A stretch of 64,000 nucleotides of DNA from Camelus ferus (taxonomy: Eukaryota). Under the pieces are notes generated by a model. The model saw only the letters and a program-made list of their open reading frames with translations. It was not told the origin of the DNA and searched no databases. Below are positions 1 through 12,432 of this stretch, piece by piece. Both the position numbers and the translations under genes were made by a program. Every line of letters starts with the position of its first letter. Position 1 is the first letter of the stretch. The stretch is taken from NCBI RefSeq assembly GCF_009834535.1, contig NC_045696.1, positions 6,326,001 to 6,390,000 of the forward strand, in the 5' to 3' direction.

Positions 1-1189
1 CTAAAGAAAACCTAACCTCTCTCACCTCTTCTGTATTTTGGAGTTTCTAGTAACGGGATGTTTTGTTATCAAGGATTCTCTTGCTTCTTACTGTTTAACT
101 GTGCAATGATGTTTCTAAAAATGCTCTGAAATGGAGCCGGGAGAGTCAGCGGCAGTTTTGTTGCAGCTCTGTGCCTTTGGGTGGCTGAGGCTGAGGGATT
201 TCAGTGCAGGAGCTCATTTAGTTCTGTGCCGGTTCTGTTGATGAGCCGTTTGAAATGAGCAGCAAAGAGTCACGTATACGAGGCATCGACTCGCCTCCCA
301 GCCAGCTGTGGTTGTGTAACGCTTCCTGGTCCGGTGGTCAACAAGTTGCTGCCACTTGGTGACATACTTGAATTTATTCTTTGTTTATAGAAATTCCAGC
401 CAGAAAGACTCACAGTTTTGGCAGTGGATTAAAGCCATTTAAGGTAGATTTTTGACACTGTAATTGAATGTGAGCACAAGTCAAATAGTGCTTCCATATT
501 CCTGACAGTGGGGAGGACTCCAGAGCTGGCAGTGTCACTGTCTAGCTCGGGTTAGGTCTCAGGGATTCCAAAGAAAGCTTTGATTTGTAAATGGTTGGGT
601 CGAATGGTGCCTTCCAAAAGTGTATCTTTGAGAGGGTTGAACTACCAAAACAAATGAAAGAAAATTGGATTAATTTGAATAATTCTGTTGCTTTGATTCC
701 AAATCCTTGAACACCTACAAAAACAGAATGCCTCTTAAAAGTACAGCTTTGCTTTTGGACACTGGGACTCTGTTTCTGTTTCTGAGCCGGAGGAACCAGC
801 CGTGTATTTTTAGATGGATGGAGGCGTCCAAAGGAGAATGAAGGTAGCTGAGAAGCCCTTCCAGGGTGCTGGTCGGAGATGACTGGGCTTCTTGGAGCTT
901 TCGGCATGAATTCCTTTCAAATTGTGTTTTTGAAAACAGATCCAGGCCCTTTCTGTTATTGATTGTTTTCATATGAAATAACATTGAAATCCAGTAGCAA
1001 ATTGGGCTGGATGTAGATGAGTATTCCACATGGGTAACTGGGACTTTACTGAGAATTACGCTAATGGATGGAGTGAGAATCAGACACAGAACATTAACCC
1101 GGGTTGGAAGCCCAGAGGCGCAATTCAGGACGACCACTAGTTCCGTGGTCAGAGAGCTCTTTGTTGTAACTCTGGCCCTGCCTCTTACT

Positions 1190-1345
1190 TTCTGACTCTG
1201 GATAAAGGACTTAGCCTGTCCCAGCCTCAGTTTCTTCATCTGTAAAATGGGAAGAATAGCATCCAGTTCAGAGGATTGTGGTAAGAATTAAAGATGAATG
1301 ATTAATGTACACAAAGCATTTACTGGGATTCCTGGCATATGATAA
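1190..1345 (+). mobile_element. MIR SINE
   Basis: Core motif CCTCAGTTTCTTCATCTGTAAAATGGG followed by the typical AGGATTGTGG...ATTAAA...AAAGCATT...CCTGGCATAT tail. Confidence 0.85.
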
Positions 1346-3289
1346 CTTAGTAGTGTTTATACCATAATTGTAATAACCAGTACCACTCTTTGGATAAAAT
1401 AGTGAAGAGATGTTTTCTTAGAAAATTTTTTTTTCCTGAGTATTTTGGGGGAGATGTCAGTGACAGCTACTCATTAGAATGTTTATTATAAGTACAGACT
1501 GGGTGTTATATAAGATATAGCAACAAGAACAGCACTCTCTGGATTCTGTGAAAAGGCACAGGGAGAACATAATGGATTATTTATCTGCAGTAGACAACCG
1601 ACTATTGGCTAGACAACCGACTTTTAAGATACCAAATGCCCAGGCAGCAGCTGCTTGGGAAACGCAGACAGGATCGGCGCATCCACCCACACTATTTTCA
1701 GCCTGCCCTCCCCGCTGCCTAGGTGTGTTTGTTAAGAACTATAGGCCCTTTAGGGAGGGAACCTGGAAGCCTGTGATGCAATGGCATCGAATGAAAAGAT
1801 TTTGAGTGGAAATCTGGGCTGCCCCAAACACAAAGCCTCCTTTGATAAAGCATCTTGTGCAGCCAAAGTCGCTCCCACGTAAGAAATAACTACCCTAGCT
1901 CATATGGAGCAACTCATTTCTTCCCCAAACACGTTTTATGTCCAAAGGAAATAGTCTAATAGGGCTTATACCTTCTTTTTTGGGTTGTTTTATTTCCATC
2001 ATATCGTATCTAAACAGATGGTCGGAGCAAGATTGCTCAGATTTTTACTGGAAATTCACATGAGAGTAATAGCTCTGTCTTTGGGATCGGCTTGGAAAAT
2101 CCTGACACAAACAAGAATTTGCTTATTCCTTTTGTCTGGTTGGAAATTGATTTATGAGACAGGGCTGCTGTTGAACTTTGATAAATACCTTGGGAATAAC
2201 TGATCGAACTTCCACATTGTAAAATGAAGCCACTATACAGATAATTGCTTGATTAAAATGAAATATTTTGACATGCTTGAGCTGCACTATAAACTGATAA
2301 TTAAACATAGTTGGGGCATTTTACCATTGCTAGTAGGGCAGTTACGGCCAAATCCACTTTATAACTTTCAAACAGCTTTTATTGATTGTTACTTCACACA
2401 GTCATTTGTCATATTGCAAATAAGAGAAGGCAATTCATGTATGGATTTTTAATTTCTGGTATCCGCTTCTTGCCACACCAATATAATCCATCTTTTCAAA
2501 TGTAAGTAAATCAAGATAAAACCTTTTATTAGTAAATTTATAGATACTAAGAAAAGGGAAACCAAAAGTGCATATTTTGTAAAGACCATTACTTTAGAAG
2601 TAAATCTTATGTTTGAGAAAAAAATGCATATCTTATTTTATACCTTTTAATTTGATTAATTACATTTTGCCAAAATTTACATATGAAAAACAGGCCAGGC
2701 TTATACCACTTCTTAATATTCAGATATACATTGCGAATACCAGATCAAGAGCACCACAGGTAAGGGTATCTGGATCTGAAAATATCCCCCTAGAGAGCTT
2801 TTAATGCTTACCTGGTCATAATCGCCTGGAGCTCCAGGTAGTCTGACTCCTGTCTGCTCAGAGGAGCCTGGTCATCTTTGTGCTAATTTGAGCTGCAAAT
2901 TCCCAAAACATTGCTTAAGTTGTTCCCTATTTCAGTTTCCAGAATTCAAAAGCTGAATTGTGATTTCTTGCAAACAAATTCAATGACCTTCATTTGTATC
3001 ATTCTCTTCTCTCATTTTATTCGTCTCACTGTGCTGAACTGTGTTGTATTAAATGGAGGAAACCTTTCCTAAGAACCCTGAACGTGGCTGTTAAGTTCCT
3101 CACTTTGTACCTTTCTGGTAAGTTTCCTTTTTGTGAGCTGCTTTTGTCCCAGAGTACGACCCCACCCATCCTCTGGGGAGGTAGCATTAGAACAGCGTTT
3201 AAGGATATGAAGTACGGAGTGAGAAAGGCTTTGCTTCGGGGTTGGTGATTCCCATTCTTACCGCCCTAATTAGAACTATCCCCTAAATG

Positions 3290-3432
3290 ACATCTCAGCT
3301 TACTGTGACTGTGGGCACATTACTTAATTACTTTGGGCCTCCGTACCTTCAGCTGTAAAATTCAGCTAATAATAGACATCTAGTGAGGTTTTATGGTGTC
3401 TGGCCGAGGGCTTGGCTCCATATGTAGTTAGT
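3290..3432 (+). mobile_element. MIR SINE (degenerate)
   Basis: CTTACTGTGACTGTGGGCACATTACTTAA...GGCCTCCG...CTGTAAAA pattern of the MIR core. Confidence 0.65.
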
Positions 3433-3574
3433 GGCTGCACTTTGAGCTGCTGAATGTTGCCTGAGAAAATATACAGAACCATGCTGTCTGGTCTCACTCT
3501 GCATTTGGGACCACAAATCTCTGATGGGCATTCAGGGCTGCATGGAAGTCCTCCTGCGCTACCCTGAGTCATAG

Positions 3575-4440
3575 GCTGGCTCTTCTTTTACTGCTCAGCT
3601 TCTAAGTGGTGGACAGTCCCAAGGCTCAGCTTTAATCATCTTGTCTCCATTCACCTCCCCCCTAAAAAAATATGATCCAGTCACAAGGCTTAAATACCCT
3701 CCCCCCCAAATTTCAATGACTCCCAATCTTCCCTCCCTGTTTATAACCATCTCTTAACTGGTATCTCACCATCCATATCCATGAACAACTTCAACCTTAA
3801 GTACGATCCTGACCTGTCTTCCCTAAACTTGTATTCTCCAAGTCCCCCTCATCTCTGTAAAGTGGAAACACTATTTTCCCCTTTGCTCAGGCCATGCAAT
3901 AAAACAAAACATTCAGAAACCACAAATCATCACTGATTCTTCTCTTTACTCTCTGCATCCAGTGTATCAGCCAGGCCTGTCAGCTCTTCCACCCGTGGCC
4001 TCTGCTCCATCATCCTTCACCTGGATTGATGCAGTAGGTCTTAATTAGCCGGGCTCTCGCAGCTTCCCTTGGTGCGTGTTGACAAAGCTCTCCTTTACGC
4101 AGCAGCTGGAGAGCCTTGAGAGCTGGAGAGCCTTGAGGGTCAATCACGCGCTCTCTAGTTCATCTGCAGCCCCAGTGGCTTCCCGCCATACTGGGGATGA
4201 GCCCAGACTCCTCAGGGTCTTGCCCACTCTGCAGACACCGGATGAAAGCACTCGGCCCTGGCTCACTGTGCTCCAGTATTCTGTCTCTCTGATGTGCCAA
4301 ACTTGCGTCTGACTCAGGAATATTGAACTAGCTGGGCTCTCATCCGGAGGGCTGCTTTTCTGCATCTGTCAATGGCTTCTATTTGTTGTGCACGTTTTAA
4401 CTTAATGCCACCTCCTCGGTGAGGACCACTCCTCCCCAAG
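3575..4440 (+). mobile_element. L2 LINE fragment
   Basis: ATCCAGTCACAAGGCTTAAATACC...ATGACTCCCAA, TTGCTCAGGCC and CACCTGGATT...GCAGTAGG motifs typical of the L2 3' region. Confidence 0.65.
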
Positions 4441-5009
4441 GGCCACTCCTGGGTCAGGGCCACTTGTCACTGAGGGCCACTCCCTCCAGTTCCGGGACCC
4501 TCATGGAGAAGCAGCCCTCATTGAGCAGTGGTGGGGGTCAGGAGAAGTGCCCATCATGCTTCCTCTCTCTGATGTCCTCTTCTTCCCACCTGGGAAAGGT
4601 GGGATGGACACATGACTGCACTGCACCCCTTTTCACTCCCAAATCCCACGCGCCATCTGTAAACGTATCCCCTGGGTGACAAGTTGTGATCTGCTGACCT
4701 GACTAAGAAAAGTGGCCCTGGAGGTTTCTTTTCTTCCTTCCTCCCTCCCTTTCTTTCTTTTTTTTTTTTTCTTTCTTTTTGATGAGGGATTTTGCAAAAG
4801 GTGTTTACACAAAATGCTTTCGATGACCTGCTCTGAGTTTCCCTTATTTGGCATCTAATTGGATGACAAAGTGCTTCTCAATTACCCCTTTCTTTCAGAT
4901 CAGGGTCTCTGTCCTAATCTGCATCTTATCCCCGTAGCCAGATGTAGCTTAACTGAGAGAACAAGCGAATGCACTCCTCTAACATCTAGTATTTCATGGT
5001 TACACACAG

Positions 5010-8000
5010 ATTTTTATTAATTTTTAAAAATTTGAAGCATAACGCAGAGAGGAAATTACCTGAAGGGTAAATGTGCACCATGATTAATTATGATATCGGG
5101 AACAGCCCCACCCATGCCCCTCCCTGGTCCTTACTCCTCCCTCCCTCTGAGGTAGATTTTGTCTTAATTTGTCATCGTTTCCTTGCTGTTCTTGGCAGTT
5201 TTCTCATCTAACTGTGCGTACTTAGTCTCTAGAGTGTCACGTTGCCTCCTTTCTGATCTTTATATACCTTTAATAGTACATTATATTCCTTTGCGTCTTG
5301 CTTTCACTCACCGTCACACTTACGACATTTCATCTATATTGCTGTGTGTAGTTTCTTCATTTGCATTGGTCTAGAGGGTCCAGTGCGCCACACTATGCCA
5401 CACTTTACTGACTCATTCTCCTGCTGAAGGACAGTTGAGCTGTCCCCAGCATTGGCTATGATGGATAACGCTGCTGAGAGCATTCGTGTCTGTGTCTCTT
5501 GGCGCACATATGCATACGTTTCATTATGTGTTGTAGTAAGTGGTGAAACTGCAAAGTCTTTCATGATACAGATGTGCTGGGTTTTCTCCATTTATGTTTC
5601 CAGTCCACTCTCCATCCTGCTCTGCCCCGCTTCTCACCTGGGAGTTTGACATCTGTGGACCACAGCAGATGCACTCTGGGGTCCTCTGTCTCCCACTGAG
5701 TTCAAATCATGAGAAACACCAGAAGGAAATCAGAGGGTAGGGGGAGAGAGAGAGTTCAGGTATTTTTTCCCCAACTTTCTCTCTTTGGCCACAGGTTGGC
5801 AGTGGCTTCTCTCTAGGGAAAGCCACAGCTCCTCCTGTCCTCTCCTATAGTTAAAGCTACAGCTGCGTCTGTTTCTAGCGGGCAATAACCACTTCCTCTG
5901 GTCTTTTGAGCCTGAAGAGCATGATGCCTTCCTGCTCTTGCTAGCCCTTGGGACTGCATCACCCTCTGGTTTTTACTCATTTCTGCCCTTATCTTTGTAA
6001 ATTCTTTCATTAAACTCCCTGAAGTTATACCTCTTTGAACATGCTGTTTCCTATAAGAACCGTAACTCATAAATAAAGATACACTCCAAACTCCAGCTAC
6101 GTGCAGAAGTCTTCCCTGCTCCATATCTTTATCAAAAGTATTGTTAATCTAATGTCATTTTAGACATTCTGATGTATAAGTTGTGTTATCTTATTGTGGT
6201 TGTAATTTGCATTTCCTGGATTCCTAACAAAGTGGAAGACTTTTTCATATGTTTAAGGGGCATTTGATAGCCTCTTTTATGTGTGCCTGTTCAGCTTTCT
6301 TCCCTGTTTTTCCATTGGATTGTGTGTCTTCTTACTGATTTATTGGGGTTCTTTACATATTGTGCATAGGAATAGTAGATTAGATGTGTTGAAAATATTA
6401 TCTTCTACTCCATGGCTTGCCTTTTTATTCTTTTTATAGTGTCTTTTTGATGAAAAGACATTCTTAATTTTTTCTTAATTTTAATGTAGTTCAATTTATC
6501 AGTCTAACTTTATAGTTAGTGTTTTTGTGCCTTATTCACAAAATTTTCTCCATTCCAAAGTCATGAATACATTTTCCTATATTATGTTGCAAAAATTGTT
6601 TTCCTCTCACATTTATACCTGCAACTGACCTGGAATTGATTCTTGTGATGATGTGAGTTAGTTGTCGAATTTCTTCTTCCTATTTGGATATCCCGTTTTC
6701 TCAGCACCATTTTCTAAGAATTCCTTCCTTTCTTGACTGCGCCGCCTGACGCCTTTGTCCAAAATCAAGTCTGTTGATCGATGGGTGAATTCGTTTCTGG
6801 ACTCTCTTTGCTTCTCCATTGTTCTGTTTGTTTACGCCTGCATGAATACTACTCTGGCTAATCGCTGTGCCTTTGTAATGTTTGGTAGAGCAAATTGCCT
6901 TACCTTATTCTTCTTTAAAAGCATCTTGTCTATTTTTGGCCTTTGCATTTTTATGCAAATTTTAGAACTGATTTGTCAAGTTCTACAAAAATCTTGTTGC
7001 AGTTTTGTTTGGATCTACATTGAATCTGTTAGTCAGTTTGAAGAGAACTGACATCTTTACAGTATTAAGTCTTTCAATCCATGAATATGGCCTCGCTATT
7101 CATGTATTTAGATCTTTTACAATAACATGTTGTAGTTTTCTATGTAAAGGTTCTGAACATCTTATATTAGACATAGTCCCATATTTTAAGATTTTTGATG
7201 CTAATGAAAAAGCACCATTTAACATTTTTATTTTCTATTGATGCTGATACAGAGAAATAAAATTTGAGTTTACTATATTGACCCATAACTAGCAAAGCTT
7301 CCAAACTTATTAATGCTAATGATTCATTTCTAAATTCCTTTGGATTTTCTATGTGAAAAACTGTATCTTCTGTGAATAGTTCAAGTTTTATCTATTTCCC
7401 CCCAATTCTTTGGCACTGTATTTCATTTTCTTGCCTTATGTACCAACTAGGGCGTCTGATACAATTTGTGACACTTGTGGTGGTGATGAGCCTCTTTCTC
7501 TTTGTTCCTGACTTTAAAAAATTAGATTTCAGTGTTTCACCATTAAAGTATGTGGCTTACTGTAGGGTTTGATAGATGCCCTTTGTGATATTGTTAAAGT
7601 TCCGTTTTATTTCTAATTTATTAGGAATTTATATCGTGTCTGATACTGAATTTTATCAATTGCCTTTTCCTCTTTTATTTGAGATTGTCATATGATTTTT
7701 CTTCTTTACAATGTAAATTTGATAATTTGATTGAAATAACCTTGCATTTTTAGAATATTCCCAACTTGATCATAGGACATGTTATTCTGTTTTATATAGT
7801 GTTGGATTTGGTTTTCTGGGGTGTTTTTTTCAGATTTTTTGAGCCTGCATTTATGTGTGTGAGATCAGCCTATAATTTTATTTTCTTATAATGTCCAAAT
7901 GACATTTTGATATCAAGCTTTCCTCTTTTTCTATTATCTGGGCAAATTTGTCTAAGACTGACATTAATTTCTGTTTAAGTGTGTGTTGGAATTTGCTGAT

Positions 8001-8450
8001 AAATCAATCTGGCTTGGAGTTTTCCTTCTTCATTTTTCTGAAAGAAAGCTTTTAGATGATTTAATAAATGTCTTACAAATCAGGAGTTCAGATTTTGTGT
8101 TTCTTCTTTGAAGTTTTGGTAAATTGTATTTTTCAAGAATTTTATCAATTTCAGCTAAATGTTCACAATCATTGATAGGAAATTGTTTATAACGTGCTCT
8201 GGTAATTCTCCTAGTGTCTGTAGGATCTGTAGCAATGGGCCCTTTTTCATCCTTGGCTGGTTATTTCAGCCTTCTCTCTTTTCTCTGTTTATGCTCATCA
8301 AGGATTTATACGTGACCAATCTTATCAAAGAAGCAGATTGGGCTTTGTTAGTCTTCCCCATAGTATACTTATTATCTAATCTACAAGTTTTGTTTTTATC
8401 TTTTTAATTTTTTTCTTTGGGTTTTTCTAACTTCTTAAGATTAATACCTT
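5010..8450 (-). mobile_element. Old L1 (L1M/L1ME-type) 3' portion, antisense, interrupted by LTR33
   Basis: T-rich reverse-L1 signatures, e.g. TTGTAATTTGCATTTCCTG, TTTTAATGTAGTTCAATTTATC, TCAGCACCATTT and GAAGAGAACTGACATCTTTACAGTATTAAGTCTTTCAATCCATGAATATGG. Confidence 0.8.
5573..6072 (+). mobile_element. LTR33-type ERVL solo LTR nested in L1
   Basis: CCACTCTCCATCCTGCTCTGCCCC...CTTGCTAGCCCTTGGGACTGCATCACCC...CTTTGTAAATTCTTTCATTAAACTCCC...TGTTTCCT follows the recalled LTR33 consensus. Confidence 0.7.
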
Positions 8451-8654
8451 TACTTGTTTCCCGTGAGAGATTAACCACAGGAACTGTAACATTATTGTCT
8501 AATCCGTTTCATATTTACTCTTTTGTTTGCAGAAGCAAACCTCGTTCAAGTTAGATTTAGGATATAAATAGTCCCCACAGCCATGTCTTCATGCCATGTC
8601 CTAAAATGTGTTCTAATCAGAAGCGTTTTATGTCATGTCCTTTAAATTCCTCTT

Positions 8655-8825
8655 TTTTAATGAAGTATAGTTAATTTACAATGTTGTATTAGTTTCTGGT
8701 GTACAGCTAAGTGATTCAATTATATATGTATATATATTTCTTTTTCAAATTCTTTTCTATTATAGTTTATTATAAGATACTGAATATAGTTTCTTGTGCT
8801 ATACAGTAGGACCTAGTTGTTTTCT
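8655..8825 (-). mobile_element. L1 3'-end fragment (lineage-specific), antisense
   Basis: TGAAGTATAGTTAATTTACAATGTTGTATTAGTTTCTGGTGTACAGC...GTGCTATACAGTAGGACC. Confidence 0.85.
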
Positions 8826-9964
8826 CTAGATTGTTCTTGTGAATTCTCATTGCCCAAATAAATCAATAACAAGTATCTATGTGTGGATGCCAAGATATTT
8901 CCTTATTTTTACCTATTTCTCGGAACAGTCTTACCTGCAGTTTCTTTGTTCCTTTCATGTTGAACCAACTCCTTTACCCAAGTTTTAAAATTTCTTATTC
9001 CTAAAATATTTTGACACTTTTCCCCCTACAATCTGAACACACTCTAATCCTGTGGGACTCCAATAAAATTTCATTTTCCCCAGGAGTCTTTTATTAATGA
9101 TCTCACTTGTTATTTTAATAACATTAATTTAACAAAATAGATACTCAGATATTTCTTGGATAAGTGAATAAAGCTCTACCTTTTTGTATCTGTATTGCTG
9201 TGTATTTATGTTATTTATGTATTTTGTAAAGTCTGTTCTGTAGTTTATTATGTTTTATTAGTATACTTAAATTTTGTGGCATTTTAATACTTCTGTATTC
9301 TTTGAATATGAATTAAAATCTCTCTTCTGATTACAGAAGTAACGCTTACTTCCTACAGCTCAACTTTCCCCAAATGTTTGACTTGAAAAGAGGTAATTAT
9401 CCCATGACCCCAGCCTCTAAGCTGAGGTTTGTTATCTCAGAATGTTTTCTCGGCAGTTACTAACATACATCTGGTGATTTTTAAAACCTTATAACTTGAA
9501 TAATTTCTGTGCAGTGAATTTAGATCTCCTTCTTCTTAATACTGTGTAGTGTATTTATCTAGTCTCTGACTGCTAGCATTCAGTTTATTTTAATTTTTTT
9601 ACTATTGCTACACAGTGCTGTAGTGAACATTCTTGCAGCTGCCTTTGTCCACTGTGAATATTTCTAAAAGGTGGATTTCTAGAATGGAAATTGCTGAATC
9701 AAAGGATAAATTACCTTCGGATAAGGTTTTAATCCTACTGAACGTGAATGAGCGTTCTTTCTCCACATCCTTGCCAATGTTGCAAAAAAATTAAATTTTT
9801 TCACTTATGAAAATATTATATGTGAATAGGCCCAAAATACTGTGTTTTGATTTTCTTCAACTTCTTCCTTATTTTGAGTTTCTTGAGTTTCTTTTCATAT
9901 TTTTTGGATAGTATGTAACTACTGAAATGTTGTGGTAGTGATTTGTTTCATTGATGTTATTTAT

Positions 9965-10925
9965 TTAATTTTAAAAAATTTGTATTGACATACAACATTG
10001 TGTTAGTTTAGATGTGCGACATAATGATATGTATGTACAACATAATGTATCTGCACGTATTATGAAATGACCACCACAGTAAGTCTCGTTAACATCCATC
10101 ATTGCACTTACTGACACATTTTTTTTCTTGTGATGAAAACTTGTAAGATTTACTCTCTTAGCAACTGTCAAATATACAACACAGCATAGTTAGCTGTAGT
10201 CACCGTGCTGTACATTACGTTCCCAGGATAAGATAAATATCTTTTAGTTGGGGGTCTATGCCCTTTGATCACCTTCACCCATTTTGCCCACCCCTCTCCT
10301 GCCGCCCCTGGCGATCAACAGTCTGTTCTCTGTATCCATGAGGTTTTTAAAAAAATTATTACTCCAGTATAAGTGAGATCATGCAGTATTTGTCTTTCTC
10401 TTTCTGACCTGGCTTTACTTAGCATCATGTCCTTAAGGTCCATTCATGTTGTCACAAATGGCACAAATTTCCTTCTTTTTTCTGGCTGAATAATATTACA
10501 CTACACATGTATAAACCACGTTTTCTTTATCCATTCATCTGTTGATGGGTACTTATGTTGTTTCCATGTCTTGACTACTGTGAATCATGCTGCGATGAAC
10601 ATGAGGGTACAGATACCTTTTTGAGGTGGTGATTTGTTTCCTTGGGATAAATGTCCATAAATGGAATTGCTGGGTCATATAGTAGCTCTATTTTTAATTT
10701 TTTGAGGAAACACTTCATAACACTTCATACCGTTTTCCATAGTGGCTGCACCAATTCCAACAGTGCCCAAAGGTTCCTTTTTCTTCACATCCTAGTCCAA
10801 CACTTGTTATTTCTGTTTTGGTGTTTGTTTTTGATAATAGCAGTTCTAACAGGCATGAGGTGACATCTCATTACGGTTTTGATTTGCATTTCCCTCGTGA
10901 TTGGTGACGCTGAACGCTTTTCAGA
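9965..10925 (-). mobile_element. L1 (L1MA/L1MB-type) 3' end, antisense
   Basis: TAAGTGAGATCATGCAGTATTTGTCTTTC, TTTATCCATTCATCTGTTGATGG, TTCCATAGTGGCTGCACCAAT and TTTGATTTGCATTTCCC. Confidence 0.9.
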
Positions 10926-11116
10926 GTTCTTTTACGTCCTGTTGGTTGGAATGGCCAACATGCATTCTTACATGTGCACCAACTATTTGTTTATGTAATG
11001 TTTTTTAGGTCAGTATGTCTCATCTAACCATACACTTCCCAACTGGCTTTCCAGTTTGTCATTTATACATAGACTAAATTATATTGTGAAGTGGATCAAA
11101 TTTAATTGCTCCGTTC

Positions 11117-11309
11117 CAGTGTTTCCCAACTGGGGTGATTTTGCCTCCATCCTCAGGGACGTTTGGTAATGTCTGCAGACAGTTTTGGTTGTTATAACTG
11201 GGGTAAGGAAGGTGCTTCTGGCATCTAGTGAGTTGAGGCCAGGGATGCTAACACCACCCCCAAAACAAATAACTATCCAGCCCAAGGTGCGAAGCTTGGG
11301 AAACCCTAT
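11117..11309 (+). mobile_element. MER20 hAT-Charlie DNA transposon
   Basis: CAGTGTTTCCCAACTGGGGTGATTTTGCC...GGCATCTAGTGAGTTGAGGCCAGGGATGCT...TTGGGAAACCCT, with terminal inverted similarity. Confidence 0.85.
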
Positions 11310-11680
11310 AGTCTGTTCCAAATAGCATTTTAGTGCTTTAGTGATTTGTTCTTCTGTAAGTATCCTGTATTGCATCTAACCTAAGGCACATAGTTGTTTT
11401 CAGAAATTGGGATGTGGCCACAATTGATGGATAAGGGAGTATTATGGCTAATTTTGTTTGGCTGGATATTTTTTTTCTTTTCTGGTGATACATTAAATCA
11501 TGGTGTGCTTCACATTTTATCATCCACAGGCTTATGTTGATGAAACATGATAATATGACTCTATCTTATCCTTTCCTTTATTTATATGTACGCACCAATC
11601 ACATCTCAGTGTAGGGCTAAGAGGTCCTATGTAGCGTGGTGGTGTAATTCCCTTAGTTACAGACATCAAAAAACAATCAG

Positions 11681-11973
11681 GCAGCACTATGTACAATAGC
11701 CAAGACATGGAAGCAACCTAAATGTCCATCGACAGATGACTGCATAAAGAAGTTGTGGTGTACTTATACAATGGAATACTATTCAGCCATAAAAAAGAAT
11801 AAAATAATGCCACTTGCAGCAACTTGGATGGACCTAGAGATCATCATTCTAAGTGAAGTAAGCCAGAAGAAAAAGAAAAATACCAGTAATATCACTCATG
11901 TGTGGAATCTAAAAGAAAGAAAGAAAGAAAGGAAGAAAGAAAGGAAGGAAGGAAGGAAGGAAGGAGGAAGGAA

Positions 11974-12027
<54 letters not shown>

Positions 12028-12432
12028 AAAGAAAGAAAAAGAAAGAAAAAGAAAGAAAAAAAGAAAAAAAAGAAAAAGAAAGAAAAAAAAGAAAAAGAAA
12101 GAAAGAAAAAGGACACTATGAACTCATCTACAAAACAGAAACAGACTCACAGACATAGTAAACAATCTTATGGTTACTAGGGAGAGGGGGTGGGAAGGGA
12201 TAAATCTGGGAGTTTGAGATTTACGAATGTTAGCCACTATATATAAAAATAGATTTTTAAAAAAAGTTTCTTCTGTATAGCACAGGGAACTATGTTCAAT
12301 ATCTTATAATAACCTTTAATGACAAAGAAGATGAAAAAAACATGTGTATGAATATGCATGACTGGGACATTGTGCTGCACACCAAAAATTGACACATTGT
12401 AACTGACTGCACTTCAATTAAAAAAAAAAAGA
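11681..12432 (+). mobile_element. 5'-truncated L1 (ORF2 C-terminus remnant, 3'UTR and poly-A) with target-site duplication
   Basis: Translates to ...TMEYYSAIKKNKIMPLAATWMDLEIIILSEVSQK, the L1 ORF2p C-terminus, and ends in an A-tail. Flanked by AAAAAACAATCAG (11668-11680) and AAAAAATCAATCAG (12433-12446). Confidence 0.92.
11911..12110 (+). repeat. (GAAA)n/(GGAA)n purine microsatellite inside the L1 3'UTR
   Basis: About 200 bp of A/G only, with GAAA, GGAA and GAAAAA units. Confidence 0.97.

Noticed and set aside
542..1239. Longer minus-strand ORFs (121 and 174 aa)
   Set aside because: No recognisable domain, and the 174-aa ORF starts within a MIR; consistent with chance ORFs in non-coding DNA.
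11753..12180. K/E/R-rich and F/L/S-rich ORFs (122, 92 and 74 aa)
   Set aside because: Translations of an L1 ORF2 tail remnant plus the (GAAA)n microsatellite; not host genes.
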